Origin: Lama guanicoe
Taxonomy: Eukaryota
Direction of reading: 5' to 3'
Length of the DNA: 64,000 nt
Assembly (NCBI GenBank): GCA_013239625.1
Contig: MU054391.1
Location: forward strand, 2,075,130 to 2,139,129
Shown: in pieces, positions 12,908 through 26,239 of the stretch
How the letters are laid out: the number at the start of each line of letters is the position of its first letter
Position numbering within the stretch: the first letter of the stretch is position 1
Position numbers and translations under genes: made by a program
The notes under the pieces: generated by a model
Told to the model about the DNA's origin: nothing
Database searches by the model: none
Seen by the model: the letters and a program-made list of their open reading frames with translations, nothing else

Positions 12908-13099
12908 CAGGCATCAGTTATTTTCTATATAAAACAGAAGTAGCTTGGTCATTGGGTAAATATGTTCATGATTTGACCCATGGATCAATGAATAAATACA
13001 CAAATGAACGTGATCACAAGCATTGGATTTGAGTGGTTGTATACATCAGGGTCCAGGCAGGAATCAGAATCACCCAGGATCATTCAGAATGAATAGACT

Positions 13100-13875
13100 T
13101 TCTACAAATAACAAGTGCTGGAGATGGATGGAGAAAAGGGAGCCCTCCCACACTGCTGGTGGGAATGTAAACTGATGCAGCCACTGTGGAGAACAGCTTG
13201 GAGGTTCCTTAAAAAACTGAACATAGACTTGCTGTATGATCTAGCAATCCCACTCCTGGGCATACATCTAGAAAAAAACTCTAAGTTGAAAAGACACCTG
13301 CACCCCAATGTTCCTAGCAGCACTATTTACAATAGGCAAGACATGGAAGCAACCTAAATGTCCACCGACAGATGACTGGATAAAGAAGTTGTGGTATATT
13401 TATACAAAGGAATACTATTCGGCCATAAAAAATGATAAAATAATGTCATTTGCAGGAACATGGATGGATCTAAAGATGATCATACTAAGTAAGTCAGAAA
13501 GAGAAAGACAAATATCATATGACATCACTCATACGTGGAATCTAAGATATGGTACAAATGAACTTACTTACAAAACAGAACCTGACTCACAGATACAGTA
13601 AAGAAACTTATGGTTACCAAAGGGAAAAGGGGTGGAGAAAAGATAAATTAAGAGTTTGGGATTAGCAGACACACATTACTGTATATAAAACAGATAAACA
13701 ACAGGGTCCTACTGTACAGCGCAAGGAACTATATTCAATACCCTTAATAGCCCATAATGAAAAAGAATGTGTATATATGTGCACATGTGGCTGAATCACT
13801 TTGCTGTACACCAGAAACTAACACAAAATTGTAAGTCAACTGTACTTCAATGAAAATATTTACAAAATGAGACAA
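13100..13875 (+). mobile_element. LINE-1 3' fragment, older subfamily (ORF2 C-terminus plus 3' UTR)
   Basis: Frameshifted ORF2 peptides '[15 protein letters not shown]', '[19 protein letters not shown]'; possible TSD AATGAATAGA at 13088-13097 and 13876-13885. Confidence 0.9.
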
Positions 13876-14831
13876 AATGAATAGATGTTCTGAAGGGACC
13901 ACAGAGCCACACGGGGTTTGGGGCGCAAACAAAGGAGGAAGTGTGGGGTCTGAGAGCCAGCCACTGCAGGACGGAAGACACGGGGAAGACACTGCATCAC
14001 CTACACCCAAAGAGGAGGCGCCCCTGGAGAGCTCGCGCTGTGGGCCAGCAGGGACCGTCGGACCCGCAGCTGCGCTGCCGGGGGTGGCAGGAAGGGAGCC
14101 CAGCGAGCCGTCCTCTGGCCTGGCGTGTTCCGCCAGTCCTCCCCGCTGTGTGTGACCTGGCCGTGGCCATTTACCAAGGCGGCCCCCGGGCAGTTCAAGG
14201 CAGTAGCCTTTCTGCACAAGGATCAAGTCCAGCATGAATGGGAAATTAACTTAGAGCAGTTACAGTCAGCCAAATAGCCCGAACAGTTTCTAGCCACTCC
14301 GGGCGGTGGCCTGAGTGTGAATGAGAAGACGGCTCCACACAGGTGTGCCCGGCACACAGCACAAGGGCTGGTGTGAGGCTGAACGTTTGTACACTCTCCT
14401 GCCAACAGCAAGGATCTGCTGGAATTTCTAGTAAAACTTTTATGTGTATATATATGTATATATACACACATACATATTTTTAAAGAGAAATGTCTTATTG
14501 CACTAGCTAGCACAAAATTATCTATTCATTGGTACTGGATTGCAACATGCCTAATGTACATTTTACACATTGCCCATGAAAATAAACCACCACCTCCCAC
14601 GGCGTGGTGGGGGAGGGTGTCCTAAAATAGGATCTTTGGTGAAGCTGCCAATATCGAGTTGTTTAACTGCCAGACAATAAACAGGATGCACCGCGGCAAA
14701 TACAAGCAAAAAAAAAAAAAAGTCGAAACAAGGTTAATGCGAGTATTTTCCTTGCACCTTACTGAATATTATTTTTAAAATGTTTTTGAGAGATACTACA
14801 GTTAGATAACTCCAGTTTGAGAGGCTCTTTT

Positions 14832-15000
14832 TAATTTTTAATTTTTTTATTGAAGTCTTATTGATTCACAATGTTGTGTTAGTGTCTGGTGTGCAGCATA
14901 GTGAGTTAGTGGTACATATATATGCATATTCCTTTTTATATTCTTTTTCATTATAGGTTGTTGCAAGGTATTGAGTGTAGTTCCCTGTGCTGCACAGAAG
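14832..15000 (-). mobile_element. LINE-1 3' end fragment
   Basis: Poly(T) followed by antisense L1 3' UTR ('ttattgaagt...acaatgttgtgttagt'); degraded TSD GAGAGGCTCTTTT / GAGAAGCTGTTTT. Confidence 0.8.
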
Positions 15001-16479
15001 GAGAAGCTGTTTTTAAGATACATTTGTATTTAGCAGTTGCAACTGTGAGAGTGAAAGGTAATTTATTAACTATTTCCAAATCTCTGTCTTCTGGGAACAG
15101 GTGAAGATGGCAGTTTCCTTGTGCTTTACTTTGGCCAGTAAAATGGGAGCGGTAGTGCCGCGTGCATTCTCGGCGGGACGCGGACAGCCACGGCAGAGTG
15201 CAGCCCCCCTCTCCCGCCGGCTCCGCCTGCCTCAGTTGTCCAGACTGGCCGCTGCAGCCGCTCAGATCTTAAGTGAGAATAATGCAGATCAGGGCCCCCA
15301 GTGAATCCAAGTGGACCTATTGTTTTAAGCGACTGTGATCTGAATTTACTTAATAAGGCATAACTGAGCCTGTGCTGTCTGACACAGCAAGTGTTCAAAA
15401 CAAAGGCAATTTACACTCAGAACATCTGGAATCCACTAAGGGTGCACTTGGAAATAATGCTGGACCTTAAGCCCAGCTCCCCATGACAGTGGCTTTGTGA
15501 TTTGAGAAAATTGCTTTCACCTCCAGTCCCTCCCTTTGCTACACAACACTTTACAGAATAAAAAGCCGAGGGAAGAAGCAGTGTTTGTTCATAAAGGAGG
15601 TCCCCATGTCTGCGGTGCCGTGTTGGCACACAGGGGCTGGGTGCACACACGGCCACCCACACCGACTCAACCCGCGGCTCCATCGCCCAGCAGCCAGCAA
15701 CTGGCAGACACCGGACCAGGTGAACATTATTTTGCCAGAGGCCAGGAGAAAGCTTGTGAGTCCTTGTAATGCACATACCATGTGAAACCTTTAAACTTGG
15801 CTTGGAGACAGTGAAATTTCCCTAGGTAAACTCTGATGAATAAGAGGAAGAAAAATAGAGCAAGCGACACATTCTTCTGAAAGAAGGAACCTAAGAGATG
15901 AAAACTATTTACTGACATATTTTCATTCTACTCCTTTGAACAGAGCTCCCAGGTTCCACCTGGAGCCAGCGACCCAGCCAGACACCATCATCTTCCAGCC
16001 CGGGACCAGGTCCCGCCGTCTGATGACGCATTGGTTCGTTGGTTGCCAGTGGAACCACGTATACGACACCGGACTTACATCGGTAAAGGCACGAACACGG
16101 AGGCCCATGAGCCTGTCCACAGTCCTGCTGGTTTAAATGCAGAATAAAGAGGCCAAACATGATGGGAGTTAAGCTGGCATGTCCGGCTGAGATCCAGGCC
16201 CAGAGCAAGATAAACTCCTATGTAGCTTGTGTCCATGTCATTTAAAGTCCTTCTCTTTTTCTTAAATTGCTGCTTAGCTTGTGCTTGTATTAGACTAAGT
16301 ACAAAAACACTCTAAGAGGACCAGTTCAGGCCTGTCTATGCTGGGCCACTGTTGACTTTATTATCATCACTATTACTGTTATTACTGAAGAACCCCATGG
16401 CTCTTCCTCGCACTGATCTGCCTGCTTTACGTGCGGCCTTGCGGTCTGTGCGCTCTGGGGCTATTTATCCCACTTCTCT

Positions 16480-16610
16480 CCGCATCAGTGTTCTCGTTTG
16501 TGAGATGAAGGTAATAATAATTGCGATCTCTTAGGGCTGTAGTGAGGATTTAAAAAGTTAATTTGTGCAGAGCGCTATATCCAGCACCTAGTAATTGCTG
16601 ACTATCATTT
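16480..16610. mobile_element. MIR SINE relic
   Basis: MIR core-like 'catcagtgttctcgtttgtgagatgaaggtaataata...agggctgtagtgaggattt'. Confidence 0.6.
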
Positions 16611-16619
16611 CTGTTAGTT

Positions 16620-17180
16620 ATTATTATTTATTTCTGCGTATTTCTCATTCCCCGATTCCATTTCCTCTGCTCCCACAGGCAATCTTTCTAATGTGTTAAT
16701 ACATATCTTATTGTTCATACCTATTTTTGCAAAGCCTGCATTGTTGGTTTATCTGCATTATTTTTAATTTATGTAAGTGTCACGTTACTAAGTACATCTG
16801 ACCTGCTCTCCTGAGCTGCTGCGGAGGGTGCCATGGGGCACCCCCACCACGTACCCCCCGACCCCCGCCAGTTCAGATGCAAGACTGGCCCTGGTTCTTC
16901 ACCACCACAAACAACAGTGTGATGGACATCTTTGAAAAAGCCCGTTTTGGATCTGCTTGAGAATTCAGTTGCGCATAGACCCATGAAAAGTTCTGCTCCG
17001 TATCAGGCTGTGCTTACTTGTAACTTGACCAAGTATTGCAAGGTTTCTTGTCAGAATGGCTCCACAAACGTGTATTCCCACCAGGGCACGACCGCGCCCA
17101 CGTCCCCTGTGCTGTAAACGCTCTGCGTCACCCAGCTCTTGAGCCACGGGCACTCGCGCCTGCTTCCGCTGCAGGTGGGG
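16620..17180 (-). mobile_element. Ancient LINE-1 (L1ME-like) fragment, GC-shifted
   Basis: Antisense L1 phrases 'cacaaacaacagtgtgatggacatc', 'tattcccaccag'. Confidence 0.55.
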
Positions 17181-17977
17181 AAGCGCGGAAGAACGCCACT
17201 GCCAAGCACGCGGTGAGGCCGAGCCAGGTCGCCTACAAAATCCCAGCAGCTTTTTGCACCCTTCAGAGAACTGAGGTCACAGAGCAACCGAAGGTGCTGC
17301 GTTCCCAGGACTGGCAAGATTTCTGCGAAGAACCTGGACGCGGGACTGTGTTTCCCCTACTGGGCGACAGGGGAAGAGGTGGCCACCAGAGCAGGGCTGT
17401 GGGGAGAGCTGTGGGTCAGCTGGTTGTTCATTCACTGTCTCTCGTGGCCTACGTTAGCCGTCAGCCCCTCCTCCGTGAGAACGGAGCTGGGTCCTGCACA
17501 CGTGTCCGCGTGTCCTCTGCCTGCTGTCACAATACGAAGCTGCACCAGCAGAGGGTGATGCAGGGACATTAAACAGAGGACGTGCCGTCTTGCAGGTCTC
17601 CCGGAGCGGCCTGTCCAGTTCTTCCCTGAGGCCCGGGCGCCTTTCCAGGGTCCAGGTGGGACAGCACAGTGGTCTAAGTTTCAAGTCCCTCTGTCTCTCT
17701 ATGGATGGCTTCTCCAGGGACCCAGGATAAGGAAAATGTAAACATTTTGTGTATGTTAGAAAAATTCAATCAAAAAGAAAAAAAACCCCTAAAATCGCAA
17801 ATATGTGTATCATCATGCAAAGAACATAGTGTATTGAGTAAATTTTGACACTGTGCCTGGATTGTACACTCTAGGGGAGTATTCTGGAGAAGAGGAGGAG
17901 AAGGAGGAAGAGAGGAGGAGGGGAAGAAATACGTAGCTTCATGCAGTGAGTTTCTTGTTGGTAGTAATATTGCTCTT

Positions 17978-18290
17978 TTTTTGATATATATATTTATTTA
18001 TTTTTTATTGAAGTAGAGTCAGTTTACAATGCTGTGTCAATTGCTGGTGTACAGCACAGCACTTCAGTCATACATGAACATGCACATGTTCATTTTCATA
18101 GTCTTTTTCACCATAAGTTACTACAAAATATTGGATATAGTTCCCTGTGCTGTGCAGTATGAACTTGCTGATCTCTTTTATATACAGTAGTTAGTATCTG
18201 CAAATCTCAAACTCCCAATTTATCCGTTCCCACCCCCTTCCCCCTTGGTAACAATACGTTTCTTTGTGAGTCTGTTTCTGTTTTGTAAGT
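17978..18290 (-). mobile_element. LINE-1 3' UTR fragment
   Basis: T-rich tail then antisense 3' UTR similar to the other L1 copies in the window ('tagttccctgtgctgtgcagt', 'tgagtctgtttctgttttgtaa'). Confidence 0.85.
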
Positions 18291-18299
18291 ATGGCTCTT

Positions 18300-20015
18300 A
18301 AAATGTCAAAGTTATTCTACCTATTATAGGATGAGGTGAATAAATAAATATAGTCGTGGTTTGTGAACCATGACTTTGGTGTCAGAGACAATAGATGCAA
18401 GTATGTATGTGGGGAACGGGCTGATGTCAGACTTGAGTTGGAAGAGGCAGCGTCAGGTCCTGAGTTCTCCTGGTTTCCTCGCTCTAACTACTCAACAGCA
18501 GCCGCTCTGAAGCAGTGAACGAGTGTCCAGGTCTTAGGTTCTAAATACCTTTCCCCACAAAGGATCTAAGGCTCTTCAGAGAAGCGTCCGACTCTGGCCC
18601 CCGGACAGGGACCGTACAGACTGCCTTTGAGATGCCTTCTTAAGTGCCAGTAAGCCTGGGAGTCTTAAATACGAAGGAGGTTATGCCAAGAGTGTATAAG
18701 AACCATTTTTAAGAGGCTCCCATTGCAAATTTAGTGGGAAATTTGAACATCAAAAATTTTTAGTACAGGATTTTTCCATTCAAGTAAAAAAAAAATCCAA
18801 GAATTTGATGTGAAACTCAAAAATGAAAAGCAAAACTGACAGAAAGGAAATAAACTATACGTTTGTCTCACGCCACAATGCCGTCTAAAAAACTTAAGTC
18901 ACAACCAATTGGAAATAACTGATTCAGGCAAGAGTCAGCAATGTTGGGAAAGGTACTTTAATGGTGTTAAAGTGTTTCCCCACAGATCACTTAGTACTGC
19001 AAAGAGCAAGATGCATTTCCGATGGAGAGACAGTGATGGATGGGCATCACTAGTGGAGGGGCGTCCTGACAGGTGCATCTCTCTGTGTGGTGCGGCAGGG
19101 GGTACTCAGATCACCTCTCAAAGGTTCTTGATCGATGTGTTTAGCTTGCATCTACTCAGACTTCAAGACCAGGGACTGGCAAACTTTTTCTGTAAAGGGA
19201 GAGAGAATCAGTATTTCGGTCTTCGTGGGTCATATGTTTTCTTCTACAACTCCCAGCTCTGTCGTAACACAAAGGCAGCCACAGACAACATCTGAGTAAC
19301 TGGGTGTGACTGTGTTTCAATAAAGCTTTGTTCACAACAGAGGTTGTGGACAGACCTGGCCCATGGCCACGGTGCACTGCGCCCGGTCACAGACTGAACT
19401 TCCAGTTCAAAGACACCACAGGAGACTGAGGAACAAGTAAGGACGTGACGAGGAGACAGGCACAGAACGCTGGAGAACGGCACGTTCTAGAAGGTCACGC
19501 ACCGCATTTAAATAACACAGCGAGCTGAAGACCGAGCACGCGAGAGACCTGTCCCGTAACAGCAGAGCCTGAGGAGAATGGCAGCCGCGTCCAGGGCACG
19601 GACCCGAACTGGATTTCAGTCAGAAAAGGAAGAAAAAGAGAAAGAAAAAGCCCGAAGAGGTGTAAGAGGCGTTTCTGTCAGAACTGACGAGACGCACGCA
19701 CAGGCCGGGCGTTTTGTGACACTGTGGAATTCTGTCACCAGTGTTGTCGCTGCTCTTGTCATCAGGAGACTTGATGTGGCAAGTGTTTAGGTGAGAAAAT
19801 GTCCTTATTCTCAGAAAGAACATATCAAATTTTATAGGAGGAGAGGGTCGTAATGTCTTATCCTGACTTTGAACAAATCTGGGGGGAAATAGATGCTAAA
19901 GAACATGTACCTTTGGCTAAATGCAAACCACTTTTGATGTATGTTGAGAGTCTACCTATACGGTGCTCGTTTTCTTTCTACTTCTCTGTATGCTTTAAAT
20001 TTTTCAAAATAAAAT
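18300..20015 (+). mobile_element. Ancient LINE-1 (L1MC4/5-like) 3' region, interrupted by MER58
   Basis: Ends in L1MC-type terminus 'ctacttctctgtatgctttaaatttttcaaaataaaa'; internal similarity weak, boundaries approximate. Confidence 0.5.
19170..19385 (+). mobile_element. hAT-Charlie DNA transposon, MER58A-like
   Basis: 'cagggactggcaaactttttctgtaaaggg...gcagccacagacaa...tgtgtttcaataaagcttt' matches remembered MER58A consensus. Confidence 0.8.
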
Positions 20016-21446
20016 CTTAGGAAAAACACACAGAAGGAGAAGAAAAAATCCTCTTTATTCTATTATCGCAGAGCCTTCTTTATCTCTTTCCTCCCAGAAA
20101 GCCCAGCACTTCCTGCAGCAAATACGGTTCGGGCCGACTGCCCCAGCGCTTCCATTTTCCAAGGCGCTTGCAGCAGTGGCCCTTATCCCCAGGTCCCGCC
20201 GGGGAGAGTTTCCTTACTGACAAAATATATTCAGAAGCCTACAGAAGCCGAAGACATGAAAATCCATATCCTCTTAACATACCACATTATAAAGGAAACG
20301 TGTGAATGTTTTTACTTGGGAGGGAAAGAAGAAGGGATTAAATACTTGGAAGCCAGGCGGAAGTGTCAGGCATAGCAGAGAAAGCCAGTCAGAAATTAAG
20401 CGCTTGCTTTTCCTAATCACCAAAATATGCTGCTGGAAATCTTTGAACCTCAGCCTGAATCCCAGCTGCTTCATGAAAGCTCTCTAATTCTCTCATGACC
20501 CATTAAAGAAGGGGCAGCGTCTCTGCCCCGCCAATTTAAATTTCGCACGGAGAAGCAGAGGATGGATTTTTTTTTTTTTGCTTGTCAATGCTAATCCAGC
20601 ATGGAATTCTAGAGATAGGCGGGCGCTGTCGTTTAGTGGACTAGGGACGCCTTCTAGGAAGGATCCCGCAGTGGGGAGGGCAAGGAGTACGGCTTAGCTG
20701 CCTGCTCTGTACGAGATGCGCTGAAGACAAGTTTGCGCCCGTCATCCGGCCCCCGGTGTGCTGCGCGTCTCTGGCCCTCTCCTCTCTGTGGCCAGCCTCT
20801 GCTCTTCTGTCCTTTCCAGGCAGAGCCCACGTCCCTGGACTAGAATCCAGCTCCAGACAGACACCTGAGTGGGGCTTCCTCAAGGCTCCTTCCCTGCCCA
20901 TTTTTATAGCAACCAGTACTTGTCAGAGCAGAAGAGACAGGGGACAAGTGATGCTGTGGGGGTGGGGCCGGCACGGACAGGAGCTCTGTCCTCGCTCTCC
21001 AGGTTAGCCTGTCAGGTCGCTCCTCCGTCCTGGCTGCAGTGTCTCACCTACAAAATGGGAAGGCTCCTCGTGCAGAAGAAGGAGAGTACACCCTGTCTTC
21101 TGTGCTGTGCCCCTCATGTCCGCAGTGCAGACGGCCCGGGAGGCCAGGGACGGCGCGTGGACTGCGGGCACGGTTCTGGTGTCTCCTCAGCGACTTACGA
21201 CACCAAGTGGGGCGACTGCTCAAGTTCTGGGAGCCACAGCGATTTTATCCTACCCTGCCCAGATCTAAAAAAATCACACGATTACGCGTTGAACTGCAAG
21301 ATCCTAACTGAGGGTTGGTTAGTTTGTACACATCTTTGTGCTATGAGTGTGTGCAGAGAATCATGTCAGAAAAACAAAAGGTGATTTCATTGTGTCATTC
21401 TTCCTTTTCAGAGAGAGAGACAGCATAGCAAAGAAGAACTAGTCCT

Positions 21447-21673
21447 GGGCGGGGGGCGGGAAGGGACAGACTGGGATTTCAAAATGCAGAACAGATAAAC
21501 AAGATTGTACTGCATAGCACAGGGAAATATATACAAGATCCTATGGTAGCTCACAGAGGAAAAAATGTGACAATGAATATATATATGTTCATGTATAACT
21601 GAAAAACTGTGCTTTACACTGGAATTTGACACAACGTTGTAAAATGCATATAACTCAATAAAAATGTTAAAAA
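21447..21673 (+). mobile_element. Young camelid-type LINE-1 3' UTR fragment
   Basis: Near-identical to 8600-8832; AATAAA plus A-tail; 17-bp TSD AAAGA(A/T)GAACTAGTCCT at 21430-21446 and 21674-21690. Confidence 0.92.
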
Positions 21674-23809
21674 AAAGATGAACTAGTCCTTTCTTCCCTC
21701 TTTAGAAAGCAATGGACGCATTAAAATTGGAAAGAAATGGAAACTGAATGCTTCTTGGATTAAAATATTTTACCTCCATTATGTGATTATCTCCCATGTA
21801 CCCGCCCCTACGTTAGGCACCCTATAGGCAGGATGTGTTTGTGGCGCCACCCGAGTGATGGTGCGACCATTCTGCGTCCTGTGTCTGGATTGATATGTAT
21901 GTGTAATACAGAAATATATATTTCATGTGTAGATTTTATTTTCACATATTTGTATAGATGTACTATTGTCTGTTCTCTCATATATATTATATACATTTAA
22001 TATCTATTTATTCAATATATGCATTCCAATATTCCTTTGTATGTATACACGTATCAGATTTACAATGTGAAGATCAGACTGCATATATAAAACAAACTTA
22101 GACAAATTTTCTGGGATAGTCTGTGGTTGAACAGGGATCCAAACTCAGTCTACACCACACTGCAATTACGAATGTGATTCTTTTATAGTTCAACTTTATA
22201 TTTTACCAAAGCAGTAATTATTTACTTGTTCTCTTCAGCATTGTGTTGCCCAGGAACCTCCAAAGCATATGTTGCATTGAGGAAATGAATGGTTAATATG
22301 AGCCACATTCTTCTGTAAAACAACACAGTGCTGCTTTTTGCACTTTGTGCCTACCTGGTGTCTAGCACTTAGCTCATCATTCATCTCTGTGGCTTTTTCT
22401 TTTTTTTTGGCTATTTACTTTGAAGCAGAAATAATGGAGCCCTTTGTGCTATTGACAAGCCCTCACCCATGCTTGTCAGATCAAGAGAGTACGTTTCCTC
22501 TTCAGAGTTTAATTAGTTCACTTAGAATTTTGGAATAGATGTCTGTTCTAATGCTTAATTCAGCTTGTTACTTAAAAACAAACAAGCAAACAAGCAAAAC
22601 CCAAGATTCAGCTGTTGAGACAGTGGAGGCGGAGACACGGCCACGCTCCCTTATTTGAGAGCCACGGCGGGTTTACTTCAGGAAGTTAAAGCAAAGCGAT
22701 GTTAAGTTGCCAAATCCCAGCCACAGGAACGTAATGCAGACCATACATTTTTATTTTTTCCCCCAAATAGTTTTCAAATAAAAAAATGCACTCAAGGCCA
22801 AAGTTAATAACACTTCGTTGTTAACAATACTTCTTTTCATTAATAGCACTTATGTTCAGTAATGTTAAACATACAAATAGCATTGTTTTGGTAGGAAGAT
22901 GAAGCCAGACTTTGATATTTCATTTCCAGTGCATCACAGCAGTAAAAATTGCTTTAAAAGATTTTTAGTCTCAATAATAGGATTCAGGAGATCACACCAC
23001 ATTAACAGGAGCCATTGTTCTCCGCATAACAGTTCTCTCTCTCTGATTTTGTATGGTTTTGGTAACATGTCTGTAAGCATTATATTTAAATTATTTATAG
23101 TATAAAATCATATTTTTAACCTATTTCAATCTATTCCACCAAATGAATAGCTATATAGAGAACATACTTTCAAGCTGTGTCTTCACTGTGACAGTGGATT
23201 AACTAAATCATACGCAATCATTTGCATTTTTTTTATTTTTAAAAATGACTAAGGAAACACGTTTGCGATAGGGTTGGCTAGAGCCCGGGTGAATTCTAAG
23301 GTCAAGGAATGTGGTTTCTTTCTTTGCAGGGTAACTGGCTCGTACAGGAAAAGAGCGTGCTCCGCCCTCAATTTTGTTGGTTTAGACTTGTAGACCTAAA
23401 GAAAATTTCCAACCAGACAGAAATATTTTTGGAATTCACATTTCTCACAATTTGGAGACCTATTGGCTACTGGGTATAGACGTGATGTAGGTATGCATAA
23501 TAGGAGTTTTTAAGAAATGAAGTTTAATAATACAGTTAAAACTTCACTTAAAAATATTTTCAAAGGAAGCATTCACTTGAGAGATTAAAACTTCATGTAA
23601 AATGTTGGAAAGGGTAAAACAATACAGCCCCCTCATTCAGTTTGCTTTATTTGCTTCTCCAGTGATTGGTGTTTGACATGAATTCGGTTGAACTGAAATT
23701 GCCAGAGCGAATTTTCCTTTCTGTTTATTTTTCCTAAAACTTCTGAAGGATAAAAAGTTACGTAGATGTCTAGCAACACGAGTTTCTGGAATCTTGGCCA
23801 TGGAGTGGT

Positions 23810-24000
23810 GTCCTTCTTGAAGTCAAAATGCCTGGGTTAAATTCAAACACTACGTCTTCGAATGCATACGAACCTGAGCAAGATTTAAAAGCTCTCTGTG
23901 TATAAGTCCTCGTGTACAGAATGAAGATACTAATAGGGTTTTGGGGATTAGATGAGTATAGGTGTGTATGTATGTTTTTAAGAGTAAGAGCTGTGTGCAG
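23810..24000. mobile_element. MIR SINE relic
   Basis: 'aagtcaaaatgcctgggttaaattc...acctgagcaagatttaa...ggggattagatgag'. Confidence 0.55.
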
Positions 24001-24729
24001 AGAGCCCCTCATGCCGGACATCACCATTATCACCAGCAGCACGTTCTCTTCCTCTTCCTCCTCTGTGAACGTTACTCAGAAACTTTAGGGATTCTTAGAG
24101 CATTGATCTAAATCATCAGGAAAGCTGATCTGTGTTTAGGCTACATTTTTACCTTTATGAAATTTATTAATATACAGGAACTATAATGGCTTATCTTAGA
24201 TCTTCACTTAATGCGGAAAAACTGCCTCAAGAAACAGGACCTCGTTGGCTGCTTCTCTCTCCTTTGCAGAATGACTTACACTCTGTTTGACTAGTGTGCC
24301 CTGAAGATTCACCCTCCTCATCTCTTTGGCTCCCTTTGCTCACACCATCGTTCCAGGCTCTGCCCGCTGGTACGCGTGTGTCTGGGGCAGAGCTGACGCT
24401 AGGTGAACGGGTGAGCCTGTGAGCTATGAAGCGGAGTCGGTGTGAAACTCAGATGTTCTGACCCAAGTTGGGAGTTCTTTCCAGTGTGTCGGACTTGCTC
24501 TTTGTCCCTTGGTCTTACAGGACCTATGTTTCCAGGTAAACTTGGTGTTGGGGGGCAGGACACCTGGAGCGGGTGTGGAGGACCTGTGGGGAGGCTGTCT
24601 GCCCCACACGCCAGGCTCCTCTTTCACTCAGTCAGTCGAGCTAATGGCCACTTCTTGTCACCTTGTGCAGGCCCAGGCTTTTAGATGAGATCACCAGTCC
24701 ACGAGCTCACATTCTCTCTCTCTCTTTCA

Positions 24730-24785
24730 TCTGTCTATCTATCTATCTATCTATCTATCCATCTATCTATCTACTATCTATCTAT
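24730..24785. repeat. (TATC)n microsatellite preceded by (TC)n
   Basis: Read directly. Confidence 0.9.
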
Positions 24786-26239
24786 TTGTAAGTATGTAAA
24801 ACCACACACTTTGAACCAGCCACTTTACTGAAGTTCCAAAGATGTAGATGTATAGATGAATAAGACAGGAAGCCTCCCTTTAAGAAGCTCGGTGGAAGCA
24901 AAAAGAAAGAGAACACGCAGCTTTTGAGCAAAGTGTCAGTATAAAGATAAAGGAATGCAGATGCTCTGGTGGCGCCGGGAAGTGCGCCCACAAAACCGAA
25001 GGTTTGCAGGACACGCGACGTACCACCTGCTACTCTCACCCTCGCACACGGCCTCCTCTCTCTGGACAGTTGTTCTTAGAGACTGGAGGTCGTGGCCTGA
25101 GACTCACTGCTTGTCCCTTTTGCGTGACCATCGGAGACACTGAATCCCCACACACGTGGTGCGAGCTCTGCACGTTACTGCTTGTTGAATGAAATCAATG
25201 CCATGTGCACTTGCCAGTTGTCAAAGGCCACTTTGTTCACTCACTCATTTATTTATTTAAAAAATCACCGTCATGAGAAACTGGGATCCTGTAGCCGTTC
25301 CGTTATTTAAAGGAGGTGTGCCTTTGCCCAGAGTGGTGTATATTTCCTGCATTTTAAAAGGAGGAGAATGGTTAAGAAGCCATTACAATTCTAAGGCGAT
25401 CTCATCAAGAAGCCAGGTGTCTACAGAGTTTACAGATTGAAACGGATTTAGCACTTCAGATAAAAATAAAGCAAGCCTGGCTGCCCCACCTCATGGAAAT
25501 GTTCTCACTGGACAGTGGACTGGCTTCCCAGCTCCTACAGGAGCTAAAACAAGAGTGTTACTGATACTGTTGTTCTTTGAAAGAAAACGGAAGGCGTGGT
25601 GCAGGAGCTTCAGCTGCCGGGGGCTCGTGTTCCCAGACCGTGAGCAGCGCTGACGCTGGTCTTGGAGAATCATGAAGACGCATTGCGAGGACTTAGAAAG
25701 AGAAGACTTAACGGACATCGAGAGGTGTGCCAGCGATGGGGGGGAGCCTCTCCACGTTCCAGAAAAGCATGCGGAGGGTGCAACCGAATGGTCCATCTGG
25801 CCTCCCTGTGGTACGTGCGCCGTTGAACAGCCAGCAGCTCGTTAAACTCCGGTTGGCCGCGCTTCCAGACTCCCCACTAAGACTGGCTTGGTAGCAAAAA
25901 TTAATAACATGTGTTGACATTAACTTGCTGAAATAAAAAAAGTAAATTTTTGTTGGACATTTGTGTTTCATGTTCATGGACGATAAGCTTCTGTTTAAAA
26001 GAAACTGAAAAACACTCCTTTCCTTTTTGAACGCGGGCTCGGTTACCCACAGAAGGCTTCTGAGGCTGTGAACGGCTCAGTAACTAGTGAATCCGGATGT
26101 CTGCTTTTAATTGTTTTGAAGAGGCTGGTCGTTTCAACCGCTGACTTGGAGTTTCATGGGGAAGGACTTGGTAACTAAATGACTGAACTTGATTTACTAC
26201 CTCTGGAGGGGCTTTGCCCCATTCGTAAAGAAAACAGAA

